The notes beneath the pieces were generated by a model. That model searched no databases. It was given only the letters and a program-made list of their open reading frames with translations, and was not told the origin of the DNA. Positions 48,737 to 58,653 of a DNA stretch of 64,000 bases are shown one piece after another. Every line of letters begins with the position of its first letter. The first letter of the stretch is position 1. The position numbers and the translations under genes were made by a program. Source of the stretch: an uncultured Planctomycetaceae bacterium (GTDB taxonomy: Bacteria; Planctomycetota; Planctomycetia; Pirellulales; PALSA-1355); contig CAWAUV010000007.1 in the NCBI GenBank assembly GCA_963785305.1, positions 2,144,001-2,208,000 of the forward strand. Direction: 5' to 3'.

Positions 48737-50181
48737 TTACGCCGGCGCGAGCGCCGCCAAGCGCTCCGCCGGAATCTGAAACGCCCGGGCACGGAACAAA
48801 AAGTCGACGATATTGCCTTCATGCGGCTGGAGCCAATCCAGTTTGTTCGTGGGGATCGGGCCGATGTTCAGTCGGTCGATATGCACCGCGTCGGTCAGGG
48901 CCCGCTGCCAAGCCGCGTCGTTCGTGATCGCCGTGGCCACGAGCGTGTAGCCCAGCGATTCGATCATCCTAGCTTGCGGGCAACTCACCACCGACACGAA
49001 CGGGAACATGTACTCCTTCTTCACGATCGGCTCCTCGGGCGAGGCGGCGAGCGCCACCGTGGGCCGCAAATAGCCGCAGCGCTCGAGTTCCACGAGCCGC
49101 GGGCCGAAGGCTTCCGTGAGATGCTTCGCCCCCGGCGATTTGAGGTCGGCTTCGATCGCGTTCCAAATACCCGCCGCGGCGCCCGGCACGGTAAAGGCCG
49201 CGAGGCCGGCCGCGGGATCGTCGGGCGGTTTGACTTCCACGGGGCCAAGCCGCTCCGCCAAGGCCGCGGCGATTTTGTCCGCGTGGCGCGAGGCCCAAAT
49301 GCTCGAGCAGTTGATGCAGCTTCGGCCGCCGTTGGCATACACGCTCTCGACCATCGGATCGAGATAGTCTTCCCAACGATCGACCACGTCGTCGCCCAGC
49401 AGGATCTTGCTGAAGCCGGGTCCATGGACCTGCACGCGCGGGTTGCCGCGGTAACGATCGATCGTCGCTTGGCCGCCGAAGATCATGCTGCGACCGCAGG
49501 TGTTCATGATCGCGCCGCCGACATCGTGTCCGCCAGGATAGAGGCCAATCGCCTCGGCCGGCACTCCGGCCTCGACCATGGCGGCGGTCATGCGATAGGC
49601 GGTCCAGGGCTCTTGCGCCCTGGCTTAAGCACCAAGCCGATTTGCATCGGCACGACCGGCAGCCACAGCGTATGCACGCCCGGCGAATTGCTCGGTAGCA
49701 CGAGCCCAAGGACCGGAGTTTGGGCCTGATAGCTCACGACCACTCCGCGGCTCTCGCGGCCATAGCCCTGGGTGAGGATCGAGAGGTCGAGCCCTCGAGT
49801 CAGAGCGTCGAGCATGCGGCGCATATTCGCGAGCACGAAGTGATTCTTGTGCATGTTGGCCCGGCACATCCCCTCGGGCAGACCGGTCGTGGCCGATTGC
49901 GCGCGGACGAAGGCGTCGGGCGATTGCGTGCCGGCGCCGATCGGGAGTTCGGCGTTTAAGAAGAGCTCGCCGGCGCGGGCCATGCGATCGATCAAGTCTT
50001 CGCAAGAAAGAGCCCGCAGGGCGTCGCGCGCCTGGCCCGCCTTGCGCATATCGCGCTCGACTAGCCCGCCGCCGGCCTGACCGATCTTGGCGACCGGCTC
50101 GCCGGTGAGGAAATGGACGAGCGTGTCGGTCTCGAGCGATTCGTAAGGCTTGCCCCACCGCAGAATAGGAAGATTCAGCAC
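48737..50181 (-). CDS. aldehyde dehydrogenase / acyl-reductase family protein, EhpG-like; frameshift near 49617
   Basis: LVLPSNSPGVH, LKPG..EPW, IFGG, HGPGFSK (in place of the usual ELGG), NGGRSCINCS with the catalytic Cys, KEYMFPFVSV; GTG start with GGAG RBS. Confidence 0.85.
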
Positions 50182-50271
50182 GTCGCGTCACTCCGGCAAA
50201 TTGTTTTTATAGGCTCGCGGGTCGGGATATTTCCCGGACTTGGTGTTCACTTGACGGGCGATATCCGGTTT

Positions 50272-50345
50272 CCTCGCCGACGCTTCGGGCCGACGAACGG
50301 CCGCGGCCGCGCCTTTCCAATCACAACCCGAAACGTAAGTGAGGG
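50272..50345. repeat. REP-like imperfect inverted repeat in the operon spacer
   Basis: CCTCGCCGACGCTTCGGG pairs imperfectly with CCCGAAACGTAAGTGAGG. A second purine/pyrimidine hairpin follows at about 50377-50413. Confidence 0.5.
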
Positions 50346-50484
50346 CAGGGAAGCCGTTGAGAGCCTACCCGGCAACTCCTCTTCTCCTCGTGGAGGAATG
50401 GGGAGGGCGAGGGCACGCCGAAGTTCATCGGATAGGTTCTTAACTTCGCCCACACCCTGAGTACATGGCTCGAACCAAAACCTT

Positions 50485-51600
50485 TCAGTAAACGCCCACG
50501 GTCGTTGCTTCGGCCAGTTCATGAAACGGCCGCACGCCGCTCACGCCGTCCCAGGGATATTTGACATAGGGTCGCTCGCGCTCGCCTTCGTCGCGCTCCA
50601 GGAACCCCGGCACGAAGAATTCACGCGTCAGGGTGGTCAGTTTCACGCGGCCGGTCGCGCCATAGGACACGGTGCGCGTGTAATCGTCGAACTCGACGAC
50701 TTCGACCGCCGCGCGAGGCTGCGGAGCATAATACGCGATCTTGTATCCATCGGCAGCCGTCACCGGCTTGCTGCACGCGAGACCCATCAGCGTGTTGCCG
50801 TAGGTAGGCGTCATATACACGCCCTCGAGAAATTCCTCCGTGGCGAAGCGAGTCCACTGCGGGGTGAACTCGGTGCCGCCGGAGAAGATGCCCGTGATGC
50901 CCATTTCGCGAATCGTCGTGCCGCGCTTCTCCAGGGCCAGGGCCAAGGCTTCGAGGAGCTTGGGAGTGGTGAACATGCAGCGGATGTCATGGCCGGCCGT
51001 GAGGATCGTGATCGCCTGATCGATACAGTGCTGCTTGTAGGCTTCGAGATGCTCCATCCAGCCCTTTTTAATGAGCTTGATCACCCAGCGCGGATCGAGA
51101 TCGATGCAGAAGCAAATGCCGCCGCGCTCTTGGGCCAAGTGTTCGATCGCCAGCCGCAGCCGCCGCGGGCCCGAGGGGCCGAGCATCAGCCAGTTCGATC
51201 CCGGCGGAAAGAATTCATCGGGCAAGGTTTTGCTGAAGAGCGAATAGTCAGTGCGAAAGTCCTCGCTCGCGATCCGGCTCTTGGGCACGCCCGTGGTGCC
51301 GCCGGTTTCGAAGACATAGATCGGCTTGTCGGCCAGCGCCTTGGGAACCCAGCGACGCACCGGCCCGCCGCGAAGCCATTCGTCTTCGAAGGGCGGAAAT
51401 TTCTTCAGGTCCTCGAAGGTCTTCACTTCCTTGAGCGGGTCGAACTTGAGCCGCGACTTGAACTCGAGCCAGAAGGGGCAGCCGCTCGACTCGTGAAAAT
51501 GCCACTGCACGGTTTCATGGGCATGCGCGTCGAGTTCGCGGCGCGCGCGATCGACTTCAGCGGCGAGGTCCGGAGGAATCGTTTGTTCGGCGGCGCTCAT
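50485..51600 (-). CDS. adenylate-forming enzyme, EhpF-like (ANL superfamily)
   Basis: WHF...GCPFWL.....L.FDP.KEVKT..DL, P-loop ETGGTTGVPK, GPSGP, IDLDPRWV, TTP, GGTE, YGNT, YG..G.V..T, ERD, terminal VGVY. The block order matches my recollection of Pantoea EhpF. GAGGAG RBS. Confidence 0.8.
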   Translation of the reverse strand: MSAAEQTIPPDLAAEVDRARRELDAHAHETVQWHFHESSGCPFWLEFKSRLKFDPLKEVKTFEDLKKFPPFEDEWLRGGPVRRWVPKALADKPIYVFETGGTTGVPKSRIASEDFRTDYSLFSKTLPDEFFPPGSNWLMLGPSGPRRLRLAIEHLAQERGGICFCIDLDPRWVIKLIKKGWMEHLEAYKQHCIDQAITILTAGHDIRCMFTTPKLLEALALALEKRGTTIREMGITGIFSGGTEFTPQWTRFATEEFLEGVYMTPTYGNTLMGLACSKPVTAADGYKIAYYAPQPRAAVEVVEFDDYTRTVSYGATGRVKLTTLTREFFVPGFLERDEGERERPYVKYPWDGVSGVRPFHELAEATTVGVY

Positions 51601-51972
51601 CGCGGCTCCTCGAAGCAAAAAAGAAAATCAAGGTTGTAAGGGGAATTCGATCGGAAGCTCATCGCTCGCCCCAGCGATCAATCACCGCCGACCATCGAGC
51701 CGCCAGCCGGAATCCTTCGTGGCGAGAGAACTCTTCAGGGGTGGGAAAAGCGGCTGGACGGGGGCGGGGCACTCCCTGGGTGGGACCGAGACGGGCAAAG
51801 GCGCCGCGGCGGCCGTTCGCCTCTCGTCGCATGGGCAGTCACCATGCAAAATACTCGACCTCGCGCCGGTAGACAACCATGGCGAGGTCGGAACACGAAA
51901 ATCTTCCCCCCGCTGGGCACGCCCCGCCCTGTTCGCGGCCCCTGGGGGGCCCGACGAACCGGCGCTTAATCC

Positions 51973-52002
51973 CGGCCTGCTGAAAGATTCAACGGACTGC
52001 TA
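51973..52002. repeat. short hairpin related to the MITE end at 53865-53895
   Basis: CGGCCTGCTGAAAGATTCAACGGACTGCTA. Confidence 0.5.
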
Positions 52003-52204
52003 GGCGGGGCCAGGCCTCGCGGCGGGCGGCAAAGACGGTGTCATTGGCCCGACCCGCGGCCGAACGACCCGCACATGAGGTACGCCACGCCGGCGGAACC
52101 GTCTCCTCCCCGCCACACCCACGAAATGTGAACTAAGTTTCAAGGCGCCTCCAACGCGTCGCGTCTTCGTTTTTATTTTCAAGCGTATGTGAGCAGATCG
52201 GGGC

Positions 52205-53704
52205 ATGGACGACAATTATCTCAAGCAGTTGCTCGATCAGCTCGATCGCCGCGCTTTGGCGCGGCATCGTGGCGAGGCCCCGGCGCCGCTGGAGCGCGCC
52301 GTCGCCACTGCCGCCGTGATCGCCCCCGCCGCGCCAACCGCTTTCGCACCCATCGCCGCCGCGGCAGCGCCCGCCGCCGCGGCAGCGCCGACCGCCGCGG
52401 CGCCGATCGATCCGACCACGATTTATCGCCACCCCGCCGCCAAGGGTTTCGTGCCGCTCTCGCCGCGCACTCTGAAGGAAGCGCGTCTCGAAGAAGAAGA
52501 GGTCGAAGCGATCGCCCTCCGGGTGTTGATGCAAACCGCCGCCGCGGGCCGCGACTTGGCCCAACAGCTGCGCCTGCCGTTTTCGCTCCTCGAACCGATC
52601 TTGAATCGCTTCAAGAGCGATCAATGGGCCGTTCATAAGGGCGCGGCGTCGCTTGGCGACTACATTTATCAACTCACGCCGGCCGGCTTCGAGATCGCCC
52701 GCCGCTATCGCGAGCGATCGACCTATGCCGGCTCCGCGCCGGTGGCGATCGATGATTACATCGCCAGTGTCCGCGCCCAAAGCATCGTCGAGCAATCGGT
52801 CGACGCGGCGGAACTCGATCGCGTGTTTCGCGACTTGGTGGTGAGCCCGGAACTGCGCAATCAGATCGGCCAATCGCTGCAAGGCGGACGCGGCTTTTTC
52901 CTCTATGGCGCCGCGGGCAACGGCAAGACCACCATCGCCGAGCGTGTGTCGCTGGCCTATGGGCAGGCGATCTGGATTCCGCGAGCCGTTTGTGTCGAAG
53001 GCCAAATCATCCAGCTTTTCGATCGCTGCAAACATATCGAAGCGCCGCTCTCCGGCCCCGAGGGCGAAGCGACGAGCGAATTCGACCGCCGCTGGGTGCG
53101 GATCGAACGACCGACGATCGTCGCCGGCGGCGAGCTCACCCTCGATCAACTTGAAATCACGGTCAACAAGTGGACCGGAATCTGCGAAGCGCCGCTGCAA
53201 ATGAAGAGCAATTGCGGCACGCTGCTGATCGACGACTTCGGCCGGCAGCGCATGGCCGCCAGCGAGCTGCTCAACCGCTGGATCGTGCCCTTGGACCGCG
53301 GCGTCGATTATTTGAATCTACCCAGCGGGCACACGATTCAGATACCGTTCGATCAATTGCTTGTCTTCTCGACGAACTTGCAGCCCCGCGATCTAGTCGA
53401 CGAAGCCTTTCTCCGCCGCTTGCCCTACAAGATCGAAGCGCCGGATCCCACGGAAAATGAATTTCGCCAACTGTGCCGGTCCGCCGCCGAAAAACTGAAG
53501 ATCGCGCACGACGAGCAAGCGATCGATCACCTGATCGCGAAGCACTATCGCGCCCCGGGCCGGCCTTTTCGCTTCTGCCAGCCCCGCGATCTGCTGCTAC
53601 AAGTGCGGAACCACTGCCGCTTCAACAAGCTGCCGCCCGTGATAACCACGGCCGGTGTGGACACCGCCGCCCACAGCTACTTCGCCCTGATGGGTCCGGC
53701 ATAA
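52205..53704 (+). CDS. AAA+ ATPase with N-terminal winged-helix-like region
   Basis: Walker A GAAGNGKT, Walker B LLIDDFGRQ, FSTNL, DEAFLRR, PRDLL. Confidence 0.88.
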   Translation: MDDNYLKQLLDQLDRRALARHRGEAPAPLERAVATAAVIAPAAPTAFAPIAAAAAPAAAAAPTAAAPIDPTTIYRHPAAKGFVPLSPRTLKEARLEEEEVEAIALRVLMQTAAAGRDLAQQLRLPFSLLEPILNRFKSDQWAVHKGAASLGDYIYQLTPAGFEIARRYRERSTYAGSAPVAIDDYIASVRAQSIVEQSVDAAELDRVFRDLVVSPELRNQIGQSLQGGRGFFLYGAAGNGKTTIAERVSLAYGQAIWIPRAVCVEGQIIQLFDRCKHIEAPLSGPEGEATSEFDRRWVRIERPTIVAGGELTLDQLEITVNKWTGICEAPLQMKSNCGTLLIDDFGRQRMAASELLNRWIVPLDRGVDYLNLPSGHTIQIPFDQLLVFSTNLQPRDLVDEAFLRRLPYKIEAPDPTENEFRQLCRSAAEKLKIAHDEQAIDHLIAKHYRAPGRPFRFCQPRDLLLQVRNHCRFNKLPPVITTAGVDTAAHSYFALMGPA

Positions 53705-53740
53705 GAACAGCCCCAAGCCGGCTTTCGCGCGACAGGCTGC

Positions 53741-53895
53741 TAACAGTCTGTTTACAAATGCCTTCGTGGCATTTGTAAACCTCGCCAAGCGCCGAGCAAA
53801 GCTCGTCGCGGCTCGCAAAAAAACGACTTAGGTCGTTCTTTTGACACCGCATCCATGCGGCGGCGCAGCCTGTTGAATATTTCAAAAGGCTGCTA
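53741..53895. mobile_element. MITE-like element with TA ends, imperfect terminal inverted repeats and nested hairpins
   Basis: Left end TAACAGTCTGTT, right end AAAAGGCTGCTA. Perfect 13-bp stem GTTTACAAATGCC/GGCATTTGTAAAC, plus AACGAC/GTCGTT, CCGCAT/ATGCGG and GCAGCCTGTTGAA/TTCAAAAGGCTGC stems. An extra end ACAGGCTGCTA abuts it at 53732. Confidence 0.65.
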
Positions 53896-55358
53896 ACGGA
53901 TCGCGATTTCGGCCGTGACGAATTGGCCGGCTTTGAGCAGTCCGTCCGGATTGTCGAGCAGGCCCATCAGGGCCACGGTGTGCTGCATCGGGTCGACGAT
54001 GTTGCCGATCATGTCGAACGATCCGGAGATCGCCCGCGCGTGAGGCATCGCCTTGAGCCGCACTGTCCAGCGACGTTCCTCGGGCGAGAGGGCTTCGATC
54101 GCGGGCAGGTCTTCCTCGAACACATCGATCATCACCAGCAGCGAGCTCAGGTCGCCGACTTTGAACAGGTCGAGGTTCGTATCCACGATATCGCCGATCG
54201 TGATGTTTTTTTCCAGGAGCAGGCCGTCGAACGGTGCGCGGATGTCGACCTCGGCCCAGGTCTCGGCTAGATGCGCGTCGACTGGCCCGTTGCCGCGATG
54301 CAGTCGCTCGGCCTCGGCGCGCACTTCCGCGATTTCGGTTTCATCGATGCGCCAGGACCTGAGCGTGCGTTCGATGCGATCGACCGCGATCAGGTCGGCT
54401 TCGTAAAGCTGCTCGGCTTCGCTGAGCTGACGCTGCGTAATCAAGCCCCGATCAAGGGCCCGCAGCCGCTCATACTGTTTGCGGTGCATGAACAAGCTCG
54501 AAAGGGCGTTGACAAGATCGCTTTTCTTTTCGCCGACATCCTTGCTCCATACCACGGCCAGCAATTGCCCGGCGCGAACCGGATCGCCAAACCGCAGCCC
54601 TCGCGGCGGGGGATCGCTCGCGCCGGCCGCCGGCGCCGGCTTCCCTTCCGCCGAGGGCTCGCGAACGCTCGCCAACCCGGGGTCGAGCGTTCCGATCGTT
54701 TCGACTTGGCCGGCAAAACGGCTATGCACGCGAGCCAAGCGATTCGGATCGAGCACGAGGCGCCCCGAACGCCGCATGGTGCGTCTGGCGAGCGGCGGCG
54801 CCGTCGAGCTTGAAGTCTTCGCGCCCGTGGCCGCGATCGCTTTTTCCGAATCGTCATCGGTCGGTGCGTCGAGGGCGGCCGTTGAATCGTCGTCGAGCGA
54901 ATCGACATTTTGTGCGGCGGCGGCCGATTCGGCGGGAGCGCCAAAGCCGGCGCGTCGGCAACGGGAGCGCCGTGGGTGTTTCCAACCAGCGCCCGCTGGC
55001 CGGCGAGGCTTGTCGCGGCTGTCCTCGGGGCGGTCGCGGTCACATGGCTCACTTCGATCAAATTCGCCCGAGCCGCGAGCGGAGCTGGCCCTGCGAGTGG
55101 GCCCGTTGCCGCGAGTGGGCCCGTTGCCGCGAGCGGGGCGGCCACGAACTCCTCGGGCAAGAGCGAACCCTCGACCCGGGGGACGACGACCTTCCGGACC
55201 ACCACCGGACTCGCCCCCGCGGAATGGCCAAGCTGCGCGGTGCGCGGCGGCGACCAAGCCCCGGCGCCGCGGAGGGCGTTGAGGGCATGGGGAGCAAAAC
55301 AAGCCCCGAAAATTAAAAACGCGAGTCCGACCGCCAGCCGAAGAGGCCGAGCGTGCAT
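53893..55358 (-). CDS. RND efflux periplasmic adaptor (CzcB/CusB-like), C-terminally short, frameshifted
   Basis: N-terminal TM; G.L.LDPNRLARVHSRFAG, GD.V.AGQLLAVVWS, IRAPFDG..LEKN...G..V, LFKVGDLS, LDNPDG.LK.GQFVTA, then a stop. Confidence 0.8.
55083..55140. repeat. 18-bp tandem repeat (PLAATG) in the adaptor linker
   Basis: GCGAGTGGGCCCGTTGCC twice, plus degenerate flanking units. Confidence 0.8.
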
Positions 55359-55645
55359 AAAAAACCCCCAGGCGAGGCTAACGATTGCTTAATCTGCTAG
55401 CAACCGCATTGCTCATCGCTCGAAACTACACGACTTCCGTGAAACCCTCGCCTGGGGAAACGGCAATAGGCAAGTCGCGTGCCTAAGCCGCTGGTGGGAT
55501 GCCGCAAGGCTCCAGCGGCGGGACAAAAACGCGGAAGCCGGCTCGCGACAACGAAAAATCGGAGAATTTCTCACGCGGAGACGCGGAGCAAAAAAGGAAA
55601 GGCTTGAAATGAAGCCAGTTCTCCCTGGGAACTGGCCAGGCCCGT

Positions 55646-56503
55646 TCAGAGCGGCGCCGGCAGATCGCGATGGCAAAACACGATCGCCGCCAAAAGATAC
55701 CCCAGGGCGCCCAAGCCGACGAGCAAGCCGCTATAGCCCAGGCCGCCCAGCAGAAAGCCTTCTTGCGCATCGCGTAGAAAGAAGCACCACGCCCTGTCTT
55801 CGCGCAGCACCACGAGCGTCGGCTCGAAGGCCGTGAAGAATGAGAGATATTTGAGCCAGGTCCAATAATCGTTGACGCGACTTATGATGCGCGCGACGGT
55901 CGCGAACACATACACCGCGCACATAAACCCAATCACGCGGCCGCGATACCGACTCAAGGCCGAAGCCAAGGTCGACATTCCGGCCAGAAACACGGCGAGC
56001 GCCAGGAGATTCAGCACCGCTGGGGCGAACACAGCGCCATCGATCGGATCTTCGAGCTTCACGGTCGCCACGCCTAGCATCGTGCCCGCCCATGCCGCCG
56101 CCGCCAGGGCGACCGCGCCTAGGAGTGTCATCGTGGCCTGCGCCGCGAGCACGGTGATGCGCCGCACCGGCTGGGCGAGCAGCATTTCCATCGAGCCGCG
56201 CCCCACCTCGCCGGCCACGGCGTCGGAGCCGCGGCCGATGCTCCAGGCCGTGAGGATCAGCACGACGATCGCTTCGTTGTATCCAGCGGCCAATCGGCCG
56301 AGCGTGCTCGCCAACTCATCCCAGGGCACCGGCGATAGCTTTTCGACGAAGGCGGGCCGCAACCGGAGGATGGCGAGAAATCGCGACGTCGGCAATTGCC
56401 CGACAACCCACACGCGCATCCACAAAAACGCCATCAAGGTCACCCCGGCGCCCAAGAGTAGCCAGCGTGATTCACGAAACGACTTTTTCCACAGGGTCCA
56501 CAT
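55646..56503 (-). CDS. ABC-2 type transporter permease
   Basis: W.IGRGSDAVAGEV.RGSMEMLLAQPVRR, about 6 TM segments, LKYLSFFT, C-terminal F.HRDLPAPL. Confidence 0.85.
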   Translation of the reverse strand: MWTLWKKSFRESRWLLLGAGVTLMAFLWMRVWVVGQLPTSRFLAILRLRPAFVEKLSPVPWDELASTLGRLAAGYNEAIVVLILTAWSIGRGSDAVAGEVGRGSMEMLLAQPVRRITVLAAQATMTLLGAVALAAAAWAGTMLGVATVKLEDPIDGAVFAPAVLNLLALAVFLAGMSTLASALSRYRGRVIGFMCAVYVFATVARIISRVNDYWTWLKYLSFFTAFEPTLVVLREDRAWCFFLRDAQEGFLLGGLGYSGLLVGLGALGYLLAAIVFCHRDLPAPL

Positions 56504-56752
56504 CCGCCATGCCTCGCCTGGGGCCATTTGCCGGGAGAGCTTCTCGACACGAATCTCATCATAACGCTTCCCGCGCCGCCGCGCCGAGCCACTCGCGACT
56601 CGCGGAGCGCCCATCGGCGGCCGTTGGCGCGTGCTCGCGACCCACGGTGTTTCGTCGCGCCGAGCGATGTTAGAGTTAGCGTTGGCTTCGTCGCGCGCGA
56701 AAGCGATCCTCGCGCGATCTCCCTGCTCCCGCGATCCCGCGAAACACGATTC

Positions 56753-57146
56753 ATGACGCCACCGACCGCGGAACTTGCTTCCGTCGACTCGCGCGACCCC
56801 GCCTATGCCACGCGCTTCGTCGACGCGTTGCTTGCCGCCGCGCTGCGCCACCGGGCCAGCGACGTTCACTTGCTGCCGGGCCCCCGCGCGCTCGAAATTC
56901 GCTGGCGGCTCGATGGCGTGCTCCAGCCGCTCGGCGCTTCCCCCCGGCGCGACGACCGATATCGTCACCCGGCTCAAAGTGCCGTGGGTCGGGCCGTTTG
57001 GCAGCTATCACGCGGGCAATGTGCTAATGGCCGCGTTTGGCGATGGCGCCGTAAGTGCGATCTCCGACGAGATCGACTCGGAACTATTTCGCCGACTGGG
57101 CAACCGATCTGATGGCGAGCTCACGCCGCCCGCGTCGCGATGGTAA
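56753..57146 (+). pseudogene. chimera: GspE/PilB ATPase N-terminal fragment fused to a DUF1559 C-terminal fragment
   Basis: VDALL..A...RASDVHL.P....IRWRLDGVL...IVTRLKV joined at about 56981 to PWVGPFGSYHAGNVLMAAFGDGAV..ISD.ID..LFRRLGNR.DGE. No Walker motifs. Confidence 0.75.
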
Positions 57147-57622
57147 ACCTCTTCTCCCCCTGGAAGAAGGGGCATTCAATTTCAATTGCTGTCACGTCAA
57201 CGCAAGCTTCGCGCCGCGGGAAGTCTTTGCCCTTTCCACGACAATTGACCAAGCGGTATTCTCTGGCTCCGCGAGCGTCGGGCTTGCTGATCGCGCTTCA
57301 GCCAATCCGTGTGACTTCCGGACTCGATTTTGTATTTTCCGACATTCGCTCGCCGCGCTTTTTACAACGAACGTCGCGCGGGAAGTTTTTGTCAATAGCG
57401 ATTGCGCGGGCTCGCCGCCAAGTGTCTCTTGCAATCGCAACCGCTGATCCGGCCGGGGCTTTGCGCCGCTAGCGATGTGAGCGATAGCCACTTGAGCGCA
57501 TGGAAATCGGTAAGGGGTCAAGCGGTACGCGCGGCGGGACCGACGCCGTGCTTGGGCGCGTCATTTGCATCCCAGCCCTTGGGTCGCGAATTGATTGCTC
57601 CGGTCGAAGGGAGGATACTTCC

Positions 57623-58591
57623 ATGAAGTCCCTGCTGGCAACTCGAAGTGGCTCCGCGGTTCGTGCCCGGTTCGTGTCGTCGTGCTTGCTCGCCCTGACG
57701 TTTTGCGGCGTGGCTCGCGCCGCCGATGTGCGCGTCAACTTCGACCTGCCCGATGCGATCGAGTGCCGCGCGGTGACCCCGCCCGAGTTCGCCGTGGCCC
57801 ATCCGTCGCTCAAAGTGATCGAGGCCAAATTTCGCGTGTCGGCGCGGGTCGACGCGGGCGACCTGTCCGACGTGGTCGACTTCATGTATGTGGTGTCGAG
57901 CGCCGATCGCACCTTTCGAGTGCAAGACTATCTGCCCAACACCACGCTCGAAAGCACGGTGGCCGAAGACCAGATCGAAGTGACCGATGGCAAGGAGAAT
58001 TCCAGCACGCTCGGCGGCGAAGCCCATGTCGGCTACCATGTGTTCAACGCCAGCGCCCTGGCGAACCACGGCACGAAAGACACCCACGCCAGCCACTACA
58101 AGGAGATCGCCGCGCGGGAACTGGTCGTGGCCAGCGGCACCACCGACCGCGAGCATGGCGTGTTTTACCGCCTGCGGCCGTCGCGCGTGGCCAGCCTCGA
58201 AGGCGCGAAGGAGTTCACCTTTCTCGCGATCGTGGCCAAGAATTGGCGCGGCGATGTGTGCGTGATCTCGTGCAACGCACGGGCGCGCAAGAGCTCGCTA
58301 TTCTCGAAAACCATCGAGCCGGCGGGTGGCGCCGCGGCGCGGATCGGCCTGTACCTGAGCGGCGACAGCGAAGCGGCTTCCTTGGCCGACGACTTCCGCC
58401 TTGCCCAGGAGCGCGATGCCGCGGCGATGAAGGACATTCCTCCGGCGGAGAGCGTGTTCGACACGATCTCGCACCAGACGGTCGGCTTCTTCACGCACAA
58501 GACGCCCGATCGCCACGGCCGGCAGAGCATCGAGGATTCGACAAGCGCGGTGCTCACCGCGCAGTCGCGGCTCAAGGCGCTGGCCCACTGA
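57623..58591 (+). CDS. exported hypothetical protein
   Basis: GGAGG RBS, signal peptide ending ARA-ADV, GC-rich third codon positions, ASGT.DREHGVFYRLRP block. Confidence 0.75.
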   Translation: MKSLLATRSGSAVRARFVSSCLLALTFCGVARAADVRVNFDLPDAIECRAVTPPEFAVAHPSLKVIEAKFRVSARVDAGDLSDVVDFMYVVSSADRTFRVQDYLPNTTLESTVAEDQIEVTDGKENSSTLGGEAHVGYHVFNASALANHGTKDTHASHYKEIAARELVVASGTTDREHGVFYRLRPSRVASLEGAKEFTFLAIVAKNWRGDVCVISCNARARKSSLFSKTIEPAGGAAARIGLYLSGDSEAASLADDFRLAQERDAAAMKDIPPAESVFDTISHQTVGFFTHKTPDRHGRQSIEDSTSAVLTAQSRLKALAH

Positions 58592-58653
58592 ACCGCGTCC
58601 ACCGAGCCGCGCGATGCTCGGCCCGGGGCGGCCAGGCCGCAGGCCATGCGATA

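Noticed and set aside
51780..51900. Riboswitch upstream of the adenylase operon
   Set aside because: There is a hairpin (CGACCTCGC/GCGAGGTCG, about 51856-51890), but no recognisable aptamer consensus on either strand.
55570..55590. CACGCGGAGACGCGGAG short repeat, and a similar CACGAAG-like string near 29540-29565
   Set aside because: They resemble small intergenic repeat remnants but are too short and single-copy here to support a call.
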